From Phyllobates terribilis (lineage: Eukaryota), in NCBI RefSeq assembly GCF_046119375.1, contig NW_027362773.1:117118001-117182000 (forward strand): a DNA stretch of 64,000 bases, read 5' to 3'. Under the pieces are notes generated by a model. That model made no database searches. It was not told the DNA's origin and saw only the letters and a list, made by a program, of their open reading frames with translations. A program made the translations under genes and the position numbers. Position 1 is the first letter of the stretch; each line of letters opens with the position of its first letter. Below are positions 50,813 through 63,308 of the stretch, piece by piece.

Positions 50813-53800
50813 TTTACTCTTCTGTCTGAAATTTTGCGGGGAGCACCTGGTCATGGCCGGTTTATGGTGAAATGATGTTCCTTCCACTTCCGGATTATGG
50901 CCCCAACAGTGCTCACTGGAACCTTCAGTAGTTTAGATATTCTTCTGTAACCATTGTCATCAGTATGTTTTGCAACAATAAGGTTGTGAAGGTTTTAAGA
51001 CAGCTCACTGGTTTTACCCATCATGAGATGTTTCTTGCGTGGCACCTTGGTAATTAGACACCTTTTTATAGGCCATCAGGTGAACCAGCTGATATTATTT
51101 GTCACTAGGTGGCAGGATTGCTTTCTAGTCACTGCCAGATTTCAGCTGATGTCATGACTTTCAATTATATGTTCATTATTTCTATATTTTAGAGAGGAAT
51201 AGAAGAGAAAAATGGAAGTGAGGACATTGTACAGCACATAATCCAACTGAATCCACAGAAACCCACATCAAACATCTTGCGAAAAAGCAAAAAATAAAAG
51301 AGATTAAAATACGTTTCTTCTAATTTTTTTCAAGTATAAGTTTTTCATATTTTCAATCAGATACTTGAAGCTTATGTCTGGAAATGGCCTGATGAGTAAC
51401 GACATCAGCTTCGTAAAAAGAGTGTATCATCCGAAAATGACCTATAGTTTACAACAGATTTTTGTATTTAATGTACAGTATTTTTTTTAACATTTTTTGA
51501 CAATTGTTTTTTTTCATATAGCAATCTTTATTTAAAAAAATAAATAAATAATCTTGAAATTGGCCACTTTTGCAATTTTGGATTCAAACTTATGTAGACT
51601 TTTCAGCAGGCTCCTTATCATCAAAGGCAGGATTACACTGACAGGTAACACCGCTATACACAACTGATAACACAAGATCAACCAATCACAACAGGCAATG
51701 TCACAACTCACCTCTTCGCGCTCCCATCACAGTGATCTTTTCACACGCTCATTAGATGCTTCAATGCAAAAGATAGGGTCAGTCTGTACATTGTGGCTAA
51801 TGTACATGTGCATTTCATTAAATAACAGGAAGCTAGAATTTAAAAACCCCGAGCGGCCAAGGTGAAAATTGCAAGATTTATCATTTTTATTTTTAACAAA
51901 GATATTAATTAGGAATAAAAAAAAAATGCAAAAAATGTATAAAAAAATACATTCAAAACATAAATATATGGTGCAAGTTATCTTATATTTCAAGTCATTG
52001 AAACTCTGATCTTATGTTCCAGATTCTACCTTCTTACTGTGCCTCATTTTCAACTAGGGTTATAAATGAGCAAACTTATTTTCCATAAAGTAATAGCTTC
52101 CACATGTCTAATTGTTAGGAACTGCAGACAGCTTTCACCTCCTTCTTTTCTGGAATTATATGTATCAAATATATTCAAAATCTGCAATATTTCACAGCAA
52201 TATCCAATATTCGGGCAGGTGCAGACGAGCTTATTTTTTTGTCATGCAAGAAAACCAGATCAATAATGCTAATCACATTCTGATCAGAGTGTGATCTGAT
52301 TCACTAGAATGAGGAGAAGATGGAGAAAAAAGTTCCTCCATCTTCTCCATTGTGTCAGTCTGTGGAAACCGGACTGCACTCAAATGTCATCCGAGTGCAG
52401 TCTGATGATTTCCACATACTCATTGACTTGCACCGCCGAGTGCGATCCAAATATTAGATCAAACTTGAGCATGTTGCAATTTTTTTCCTCGGACAGCCTC
52501 TGTCTATCCTTTGTGGAGGAGACTATGTGGAGCATGATGTCCCCTCAGCGTGGACTGGAATTGATTCAGGGAAGAATGGAGCTTCCTTGCTCTCCCTTAA
52601 CTAGACAGGACTAAACTGGTTTGTACCAGCTCACAGGAAGTATGTGTACTGAGCTGGGAGGTTCCTCCCAGATATTTCTATGGCTGCTTGTTGTGAAATT
52701 AGTTACCTGACTTTCATATGCTCACATAGACCAGTAGAGGGCAGCAAAGTACAAATTACAATGCACATTTATGAATCCTCAGTGTACGCACATGTGATGT
52801 ATTACATCTCCTAACTCACAGACGCACACTGGAACAAATCCACTGCAGCACCACAACTGTTTCACTCAGCAGCAGTACACCGGGTGCTGGGATACCCCAG
52901 ATATGTGATGATTGCATCTGGTATTTCCACTTGTCTGAAAACTCTTAGATCCTGCATTTACTCAAAATAATGTCAGAGTTATTGGAAATGGAGGATGTAG
53001 TTGGCAGCAATTTCCTTCCTGAGCAATACTTGTGACACATAAATTGGCGGCTTATTGTGGTGCAATCTGAGAGAAATACTATATTTTTCTACTGTAATGA
53101 TTAAAAAAGTCCCCCCTAAATCAACGAGCCTCAATAAAGAGCTTGGAAGCCATATGTGGCCCATGAACCACTTCTGTGTAGCTGTTTCGCATATTCCCTC
53201 TTAATGGGACTTGTTCTGAGATCTTTGTGGTATCCCACAAAGTGGCCATCTCCGTGGGATAGCGGATGTATAGTGTGTTCCATGCAGATACTGTGATTTC
53301 TGTGTAAATTGTATGTTGTAACATATTGAGGATTGTTGACAGGCAGCGTTCAAAGGGTTAATCTTCCCTCTCAGGGGCTTGTTTACCTGACTGATTTCTG
53401 CTTGGTATGCAGAAGTTTCTGGAAAGAGCTGGAACAAGTTCCCCTGGCAGTCAGCCAATGACAGCAGCTGAAAAGAGACACATGGGAGCAAAATTAGTAG
53501 AGGAAGGTAGACTGCAAAAAGGAAATGTTGATCTACCCCTGACTGCTGGGTCTGAAAGGGACCGAAGAAAGAGGAAGGGAACTGACAGTCTTCAGATTGG
53601 TATACAAATATCAAAGACTGACCATCATTTCTAAACAGAGAATAGGTGTGAACAGGTACATACTAAGAATATCATCTCCATACACAATAACATACTGTAT
53701 AAAGCTGGACTCTGTAACGCTATAGCATGTAAACATGGAATATATGAAATTGGAATTGCATTACTGCTCTAGAAAATAGGAAAAAACAAAGATACTTAGC

Positions 53801-54141
53801 ACATAAATTGGACGATTCATGAGTGCCCAACAGGCACAGCAAGGCGACCTTCTTTGCTGGGAACCTAACCTAATGTGAATCCTCTTCTGGGCTAATAGCC
53901 TACATTTATATGAATAGGTAGGATCCTGCTGTGATTAAAACCGCCATAGGCTGATGGATAGAGTGCTCAATCAGAGAGCCCAAGTATACAAATATCAAAG
54001 TTTGTCGTGGCTGCTGGGCACACATGAATTTGCCAATTTATGCGCTAAGTATTTTCTAGAGCAGCAATGCAATTCCAATATGATATATTTCATGTTTGCA
54101 TGCTATAGCACTACAGAGTGCAACTTTATTTGTTAGTTATA

Positions 54142-55781
54142 CAGTTATATGAAAAAGTTTGGGCACCCCTATTAATCTTAAGTTTATTGTTTTATAAAAA
54201 TTTGTGTTTTTGCAACAGCTATTTCAGTTTGATATATGTAATAACTGTTGGACACATCAATGTTTCTGCCTTGAAATGAGTTTATTGTACTAACAGAAAA
54301 TGTGCAATCTGCATTCAAACAAAATTTGACAGGTGCATAAGTATGGGCACCTCACCAGAAAAGTGACATTAATATTTAGTAGATCCTCCTTTTGCAAAAA
54401 ATAACAGCCTCTAGTCGCTTCCTGTAGCTTTTAATGAGTTCCTGGATCCTGGATGAAGGTATTTTTGACCATTCCTCTTTACAAAACAATTCCAGTTCAG
54501 TTAAGTTTGATGGTCGCCGAGCATGGACAGCCCTCTTCAAATGATCCCACAGATGTTCAATGATATTCAGGTCTGGGGACTGGGATGGCCATTCCAGAAC
54601 ATTGTAATTGTTCCTCTGCATGAATGCCTGAGTAGATTTGGAGCTGTGTTTTGGATCATTGTCTTGCTGAAAGATCCATCCCCTGCGTAACTTCAACTTT
54701 ATCACTGATTCTTGAACATTATTGTCAAGAATCTGCTGATACTGAGTGGAATCCATGCGTCCCTCAACTTTAACAAGATTCCCGGTGCCGGCATTGGCCA
54801 CAAAGCCCCAAAGCATGATGGAACCTCCACCAAATTTTACTGTGGGTAGCAAGTGTTTTTCTTGGAATGCTGTGTTTTTTTGCCGCCATGCATAACGCCT
54901 TTTTGTATGACCAAACAACTCAATCTTGGTTTCATCAGTCCACAGGACCTTCTTCCAAAAAGAAATTGGCTTCTCCAAAAGTGATTTTGCATACCTCAGC
55001 CGACTCTGTTTGCAGAAACGGCTTCTTTCGCATCACTCTCCCATACAGCTTCTCCTTGTGCAAAGTGCGTTGTAGAGTTGACCGATGCACAGTGACACCA
55101 TCTGCAGCAAGTTGATGCTGCAGCTCTCTGGAGGTGGTCTGAGAATTGTCCTTGACTGATCTCACCATTCTTCTTCTCTGCCTTTCTGATGTTTTTCTTG
55201 GCCTGCCACTTCTGGCCTTAACAAGAACTGTCCCTGTGTTCTTCCATTTCCTTACTATGTTCCTCACAGTGGAAACTGACAGGTTAAATCTCTGAGACAG
55301 CTTTTTGTATCCTTCCCCTGAACAACTATGTTGAATAATCTTTGTTTTCAGATCATTTGACAGTTGTTTTGAGGAGCCCATGATGCCACTCTTCAGAGGA
55401 GATTCAAACAGGAGAACAACTTGCAAGTGGCCACTTTAAGTAGCTTTTCTCATGATTGCATACACCTGGCTATGAAGTTCAAAGCTCAATGAGGTTACAA
55501 AACCAAAAAAAAGTGCTTTAGTAAGTCAGTAAAAAGTAGGTAGGAGTATTTAAAACAAGAAAATGATAAGGGTGCCCATACTTATGCACCTGTCAAATTT
55601 TGTTTGAATGCAGATTGCACATTTTCTGTTAGTACAGTAAACCTCATTTCAAGGCAGAAACATTACTGTGTCCAACAGTTGTTACATATATCAAACTGAA
55701 ATAGCTGTTGCAAAAACACCAATTTTTATAAAACAATAAACTTAAGATTAATAGGGGTGCCCAAACTTTTTCATATAACTG
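54142..55781 (-). mobile_element. Young full-length Tc1 (DD34E) element with two frameshifts
   Basis: TA flanks and near-identical ~215-bp TIRs. ORFs 54935..55426 and 54376..54978 contain WTDETK, QQDNDPKH and SPDLNIIE, with 34 residues between the second D and the E. Confidence 0.96.
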
Positions 55782-56168
55782 TATATGGAGATGGCTACTC
55801 TTAGTAAGCACCTGTTCATACTTGTTCCCTGTTTGGAAATGACGGTCAGTCTTTGATATTTTTATAAACAGGCTCTCTGACTGAGCACTACCCCCATCAG
55901 CCTATGGCGGTTTTAATCACATCAGGATCCTATCTACCCATATAAATGTATGCTATCAGCCCTGGAGAGGAATCGCATTAGAATAGGTTCCCAGCAAAGA
56001 GGATCGCCTTGTTGTGGCTTCTGAGCATGCATAAATTGGCAAATTTATGAACTAAGTATCTTTGTTTTTTCCTATTTTCTAGAGCAGTAATGCAATTCCA
56101 ATTTCATATATTTTATGTTTGCATGCTATAGCGTTACAGAGTGCAACTTTATTTGTTAGTTATATATG

Positions 56169-57468
56169 TGTGGCACCCCTGAGGGTTCGACCGCCACAGG
56201 GATGCTGCACTTTTTTAATGGAGTGTAGTGTTCCTCCTCTGAGTTAAGAACAGCGTGATGGTCAGGACTCAACCTCCACATCCAACACCACATTTCTCCA
56301 CCAGAGGGGGCTAGAATGCACTAGCTGCTGCCCTCCTGGTTACAGGGAGACTGGGAAACCAAGAGCTAGGGGAACCAGTTAGTGGGTGAGGGTGGAGGAT
56401 TCACATTTTTGAGACACTGTAAATTTCATATTTAATAAAAAGCCATCTTGGTTCTTGGTCCTTGTTAATCAAGTGTTTTGGCGGTCAAGTACTGTGATCT
56501 CCCACCCTGACAGTGGATCCTGTGTGGGCCTGCAGAGGACGGAGACACAGCCCTCATACCTTAGCCTTGGGTCGAGGGGCAGGTTGTAGACCAGGAATGT
56601 CTCAACCCGGTCGAGGACCAGGACCAAGAAGGCCCGGAGCTTAGGAGTGTGGCTCCACAGCAAATGGATCCCGGGGAGGATGCAGACGGAGCGGTGTAGG
56701 CCACCTGTCCTCGCCACCTGATATATTCAGAGGGAGTCCGGCTGCAAGAGGGGTACCGGCCCCTGACACCCGACCTTGCTACTCCATGTCCTTGTTGGGA
56801 AAGCCCGGTAGGCCCTGAGGATCCCATCGGGTATCGGAAGGAGCGGAGCTGCCACCCGTGCCCTTTTTCTGAGAGGAGTTCAGAGGGAGACCCGGCCTAT
56901 CTACACACGCAGACGGGAAAGGATACGGTCTGTAGTTCAAGAACACTCTGGTGCGGGGGTCCTGATTGAACGCTGGACTTACTCAGAGGTTGTCGGACCC
57001 CCGTCCCTGGTGGCCGCAGGACTCCGCGGGGAGCAGGGAGTCGCCTTCCTTCTGCCATCTCTTATGTGAGTAAAGCCTTGGAAGTTCACCCCTATGGCCT
57101 TCGGACTCTTTATTCTGCGCTACACCGCACGACACGGCACCCGGTCTCCTCTACTACTACCCGCTCCATCCTGTCTCTACCTGCCCTGAGGCCCTGCTCC
57201 ACCTGTGAGGAGTAGTAACAACCATGGCTGCCCTAACACCAGGCCTCAGCGGACAGCAGCAGCGCTGGTGGCATTCACCAGGTGCCACAGGTGGCGTAGT
57301 CGTAACCAGCCACTCAACCCGGATAAGCCCACACCATCCTTTTAATGTGACGGCCCTGAGCACGGGTCGGGTCCGGGCCACGGCTGCACCCCATCTACAA
57401 CACAGGACCCGGCTCCGAGTCCCCCATCTCCCAGGGTAAACAAGGGACTTCCGAGAAGAGGCGTCACA
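56169..57468 (+). mobile_element. Solo LTR (Gypsy-like), 1300 bp
   Basis: TGTGGCACC...GGCGTCACA termini; 4-bp duplication TATG (56165-56168, 57469-57472). Confidence 0.88.
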
Positions 57469-58212
57469 TATGGAGATGGCTACTCTTATTATGCACCTTT
57501 TCACACCAGTTCCCTGTTTAGAAGTGACGGTCAGTCTTTGATATTCAGAAAAATCAATGATACATTTCTGTGTTTGAGGTCTAAGTAATTTTGGAATATT
57601 AGAAAATATTTTAGTTAGTGCACATTGGCTAAAGTACTTTGGTCCCTATTCTTTTATGAAAAGTATGTTGGATTTGACACAGACCGTTCCCTGCCTGAGT
57701 ATTTCTGCCTGCACAGACCTGTTTCTGTCTGTACATGCTGAACTCTGCCAGCCCCGGACCTTGGATTTGTATGATCACTATTCTGTGTATGGATTATTGT
57801 ATCTTTCTTTGTAAGAACCATCATTGATGCATTCACAGCTGCTACTGGATACTACTCTGCAGATGTGACCTGTGGATTTGCTGCCGTTTTCTGTGCAGAT
57901 TTTCCTCATAGTCTTTCAATAGTTGCTGAAAATCTGCAGGTAAGAAACACGCATGCATTTTAGTGCGTTTCCGTCGTGGAAACACTTCAAAAATGCAAAA
58001 GTGTACCAAAAAATAAAAATTCACGAGTGTTAAATGGCGAAGTGGTGATGTGTTTCTATTATACTTTTCCTCTGATTATCCTCTCCTGGTTTACAAATAC
58101 TGATGTAAAATACTGACCAAATACTGAACTTGTGAAAGTTTCTATCCTTTGGTTTAGCTTAACCAAGTCCACTGGTGATATAAAAGATCCACACTTCTAT
58201 TCTGGGTATATT

Positions 58213-58648
58213 TGTTATGATCTGCAACATGTACTAAGGAAAGATAGGGGAAAGCTGTCCCTACAGTAAGACTAAGCTGAATCCCTACGATGTAGCGGGC
58301 TGCCTGTTCCTAGCGAACAGACCCGCCTTAGTCCTCGGCTAGTCTGAGCGAAGACCTATAGCATAAGGGGAGGGGTCCCTAAAAAGAACTAAGGACTGGA
58401 ACAAAAATGGGACATCTCCTAAACAGAGAAGTTGTTGCAGAACACAAAAAGACTGACAGACAAAAAGGTACTAGAGGTCCCAGAAGGATCAAGCGAACTG
58501 ACAGAGATAGGCACTGAAGCACCTGGCTAGAAAAACAGTCAAACACTGAAGTCCAGCAAAGCCATAAGGGCGGAGCCGGAAAATAAAGGCAGATGGTCAC
58601 GTGACTGCAAAACACAAGAAGGAAAAAACAAACAGGAGGGTTCTAACA
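58213..58648. mobile_element. Solo LTR, 436 bp
   Basis: TGTTATGA...TTCTAACA termini; 5-bp duplication ATATT. Confidence 0.85.
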
Positions 58649-59000
58649 ATATTCACACATAGCAGTTAACATGCTTTTTAAAACTGCATTGAGACCACTT
58701 CTGGAAAAAGGTAGACTTTTTTTGGCGCAGTTTCAAAAGACAGTAATTGGGCACGTGATTATTTCATTTGTTTTATCTGTAAAAAAAATGTGCTCCCGAC
58801 TGTAAAACTGAACATCTTTTTTTAGTGTTTTGGTCAAACTACCACATGGGGTTAAATAAACCTGTAAATTAATCCAAAAAAAGGATTGAACTTTAAAATG
58901 TATATTAAAAAAAGGTTGTCATCCCTGAAATGTGTTGTTTTTTTTTTCTTCTGGAAACTGCTCAGCATGCTGTAAAAATATAAAAAGAAAGCATACTAAT

Positions 59001-59633
59001 TGTCACGGGTTTACTGCGACAGAGAAGGGCCAGAAGACTGCGGTGTCTGGGTTCACGTACTCCTGCACTGATTAGAAGCACTTCACCATCATATTAAACA
59101 GTGCAAGTGTTAATTCTGTTCAGTTGAGAGTCTCTGAGCTTTCCTGGTATGATTATCTCAGCTGTTCAGTGTTGGCCACTCCCCTCTGCAATATGTACTG
59201 CCTCTGGCAATCAGGGATTAGTTTATACTACCTGGTTCTGGAGTTGGAGGTGTTGGTTGTTGGAGATGGCGGTTGGAGAGTTGTTCAGAAGACTGTTGCT
59301 TGGTGATTTATCTGTGTCCACATCTTCATCCCTATTTGGTTTCTCCTTCCTTAATACCCCGGTGTTCCACTCTGTTATTTGGGGAGTGTATTTTGTATGA
59401 TTGGTATTTTCATTTATCCCTGTCCATCTTCCCTTGTTTGTCTGGTTAGTGTATTCTTATATACATCTACTCCACATATAAGGGTTGATGTAGGAGCACA
59501 GCAAGGAACATGGCCCCGGCGTCTTCACCATTAGAAGTAATCCGGGGTGCAGTGATAGACTAGGGTGCCTACTAGCTTGAGGGATAGGGAAAGAGCCCCT
59601 AGCCCCAGGATATTCTGCAACAGTGCTGTGACA
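59001..59633. mobile_element. Solo LTR, 633 bp
   Basis: TGTCAC...GTGACA termini; imperfect duplication CTAAT/CTCAC. Confidence 0.7.
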
Positions 59634-62092
59634 CTCACCTTACTGATTCCCCTCTGCTCCTCTTTTAATGCTGCCAACTGTCTCACTACTTCCTTTTCCT
59701 ATTAGATGGCATGTGACCACTGCAGCCAATCTCTGGTCTTATTAGTGATCATCGCGTCAACACTGGGTTGAATGATTGACTGCCTTAGTCACATGTTTAT
59801 ACCGTCAGAGACTGGTGAGGAATCTGAACAGTGTGTTTTTTTCCATAAAATAACAGACCATCATACAAAAAAAATTCAACATCAATTTTTATTTTTAAAA
59901 CCTGAAATTATTCCTAAAATAATTCTGTTATTTCCACTTTTATGAAAGTCCTCACATGTTTGACTGATCTACTGTTAATAGTAAGATCCTCCAGCAGAAA
60001 TACTGTATAATTTCAGTAAGTAATGGATTGTTGTCAGCAGTAATCTCTTTCCTGAGCGAAGCTGCTGGCAGTGACACATATGTTGTATGCTCATGATGAT
60101 ATAAAAAGGCCTTGATATTTCTCTACAAATTTTTGCATAATTATTGTCTGATAATACTGCCATGTGACATAAAAATGAAGATATAATAAAATAAGTTGTC
60201 AAGTGATGTAATACTAATGACGAGACTTCAGCCCAATAGGGAATCCGAAGTTACTGCTACTTAGAAGTCTGTAGACTGAGACCCCGATTCACCTAGCACT
60301 TTTTCTCTAGAATTCTATTTTAAAACTGCTTGAAATCTCCTAATTTTTTTTGCACAACTTTAAATGCTTTTACAACAGTCCTGGCTGCCTCCAAATTTTT
60401 TATAGAAGTGAGCGGAGCTCAGGCGGACAGGGTGTGTCCAAACGTGCCCCACGAAATCATCATCATTTCTGCCACAAAGTGGAGTGAATTATTACAAAGG
60501 CGTACCTCAAACCCAAGGCGATGGCAAACAGCTTTTGAAAGATGCGCAAAAATTATCAAGATATGCATGTCTCTTAATAAATTTGGCGCACATTACTCCA
60601 ACGATCTCCTTTCATTAACCCCTTTACCCCCGAAGGTGGTTTGCACGTTAATGACTCCAGGCCAATTTTTACAATTCTGACCACAGTCACTTTATGAGGT
60701 AATAACTCTGGATCACTTCAACGGATCCCCCTGATTCTGAGAGTGTTTTTTCATGACATATTGTACTTCAAGATAGTGGTAAAATTTCTTCGATATCACT
60801 TGCGTTACTTTATGAAAAAAAACGGAAATTTGGCAAAAAAATGTGAGCATTTTGCAATTTTCAAACTTTGAATTTTCATGCCCTTAAATCAGAGCGATAT
60901 GTCACATAAAATAGTTAATAAATAACATTTCCCACATGTCTACTTTAGATCAACACAAGTTTGGAACCAAAATTTTTTTTGTTAGGAAGTTATAAGGGTT
61001 AAAAGTTGACCAGCGATTTCTCATTTTTCCAACAAAATTTACAAAAACATTTTTTTAGGGACCACATCACATTTGAAGTCACTTTGAGGGGCCTTTATGA
61101 CAGAAAATACCTAAAAGTGACACCCTTCTAAAAACAGCACCCCTCAAGGTGCTCAAAATCACATTCAAGAAGTTTATTAACCCTTCAGGTGCTTCACAGG
61201 AATTTTTGGAATGTGGAAGAAAACAATGAACATTTAACTTTTTTTCACAAAAATGTTACTTTAGAACCAAATGTTTTTATTTTTTCAAGGATAACAGGAA
61301 AAAATGGACCACAAAATTTGTTGTGCAATTTCTTCTGAGCACGCCGAAATTATGTGGGGGAAAACCGCTGTTTGGGCGCACGGCAGGGCATCGGAAGGGA
61401 AGGAGTGCCATTTGACTTTTTGAATGTAAAATTTGCTTGATTAATTAGCGGATGCCATGTCGAGTTTGGGGAGCCCCTGATGTCCCTAAACAGTGGAAAC
61501 TCCCCACAAATGACACCATTTTGGAAACTAGACCCCTCAGAAAACTTATCTAGATGTGTGGTGAGCACCTTGAACCCTCAGGTGCTTCACAGAAGTTTAT
61601 AACGTAAAGTCGTGAAAATAAAAAAATCTAACTTTTTCCACAAAAATGATCTTTTAGCCCCAATTTTTTAATTTTCACAAGGGTAAAAGGATAAAATGGA
61701 CCCCAAAAACTGTTGTGCAATTTCTCCTCAATACGTCGATACTCCATATGAGGGGAAAATACAGTGTTTGGGCGCATGGCAGTGTTCAGAAGGGAAGGAG
61801 CACTGTGTGACTTTTTGAACTCAAAATTGGCTGGAATCGAGAGCGGACGCCATGTCGGTTGTTAGACACCCCCCAAAAAAGTGGCAATTGCCCGTGCATG
61901 GCAGGCAACCCCCGCATGTTTTTTTGGGCTGTATATATATGGGGCAGAAACTCGAGCATGTCACTCGAGCACCCATGATATTCGGTGCATACCCGAGCAC
62001 CCGATGCAAACTCATGTTGCGAGCACTTGCGCTCAACACTAGTCGCCATATCGACATCATTTTTTTTCTTTACTTTTGAAAAAATCCCATCC

Positions 62093-62195
62093 CCAACACA
62101 ACCCTAACCCCAACCCTAACCCCAGCCCTAACTGCAACCCTAACTGCAATCCTAACTGCAATCCTAACAGAACTCTAATCCTAACCATAACTCTA
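62093..62195. repeat. Degenerate CCCTAA-containing short tandem repeat
   Basis: AACCCTAACCCC / AACCCTAACTGC ~12-bp units. Confidence 0.8.
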
Positions 62196-62442
62196 TTCAT
62201 AGAGTTTATTTGTTATGCCGTTCCTCATGCGGTATAAGTGATTAGACGACTTTATTCTTCGGAACTGTGAGATTACAGCGATACCAGATTCATATCGGGT
62301 TTTTATGTTTGGCAGCTGTCACACACTAAAACGCTTTTTTTTTGCAAAGACTAGTTTTTGCAATAATTTTTCCATATTTTGGCCGAGAGAGTCATGTAAG
62401 GGCTTGTTTTTCGTGGGACAAGTTGTCGTTTTTATTGGTACC

Positions 62443-63308
62443 TGTGAAGACACGGGGTCTTCCGTGGGCATTATACTACTCAGACAACACAAAGTGAGTG
62501 TAAAACAGTGTGGCAATACTTTATTGATCCCCAAAGCGTACAATAAACAGAACAGTCCCAGCAAGTACCCAGGATGGTGCAAATTACTGAGTCCTCACCC
62601 TTCCGCTGGCCAGCCGGGAATAGAGTAGCTGCGATTTCGGGGCTTCCAGGGCTGACTACCCCCACCAGTGGCACCCCGCTTTTGGGGGGCCCCCAAAGAG
62701 AGGCGGTAACGACAAGCTTAGGAAACTAGCCGAGAGCAGTGAGGTCTGGGGCTAGGTGACCTGTTTGTCCCAAGCTGGATTCTTCAAGACATGTTTGAGG
62801 GTCCAGCAATGGACAATGGAGCCAATCTATATTCCTCCAGCTGGGGCCGAAGTCCCCTAAGCTGACATGCTGTAGAATGACACCGAATAAGGGCAGAGCC
62901 CCCCTTCTTATAGATCACAATTGTCCTTGCAACCGTCATTCACAGGTCAAGGGTCAGGAATGAAGGTGGGTGGAGCTCATAACTCATTGTTTGAGCATTT
63001 AATCAACTTGCATAGGTTGTCCTCCATTGCTCGGCAAATCAACAACTCCCTGGGCCGGTATAATACGTAATCAACATATTATGAAATAGTATTGTTCCAT
63101 GACCCTGTCTTGCAAAATTTGCAGACAATAAGTTGCAGTACATTTTAACTCAAGTATCAACATTCAGAATTATTCAAACAATAGTCTGTGTTAATCAACC
63201 AAAGAAGAACACAGGTTTAAAAAAGTCAACATAAAAATAAAGGTATATTGCTTTTGACCATCAGAAAGTATGTCTGGCATAATTAAGAAGAAAAGCTGTG
63301 CTGTCACA
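62443..63308. mobile_element. Solo LTR, 866 bp
   Basis: TGTGAAGAC...CTGTCACA termini; 5-bp duplication GTACC (62438-62442, 63309-63313). Confidence 0.85.

Larger units (their letters stand above)
46160..51180 (-). mobile_element. Tc1 element hosting three nested events (pogo MITE, minisatellite, Penelope remnant)
   Basis: TA-CAGCGGGTGAAATAAGTATTGAAC TIR at 46160. The transposase ends near 47270 (TKY) and starts near 51035; the right TIR is truncated. Confidence 0.88.
53600..57545. repeat. Array of unclassified 381-bp repeat X: inverted arm 53600-54000; direct arm 54001-54141 + 55784-56168 + 57473-57545
   Basis: Segments align by eye; the unit start TATGGAGATGGCTACTC recurs after the Tc1 and the LTR are removed. 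Confidence 0.85.

Noticed and set aside
51389-51419. CTGATGA...GTAAA as a further hammerhead
   Set aside because: No GAAA and no pairing stem II or stem I.
53407-53634. 75-aa plus-strand ORF and the overlapping 137-aa minus ORF as genes
   Set aside because: No recognisable homology, and both run into repeat X.
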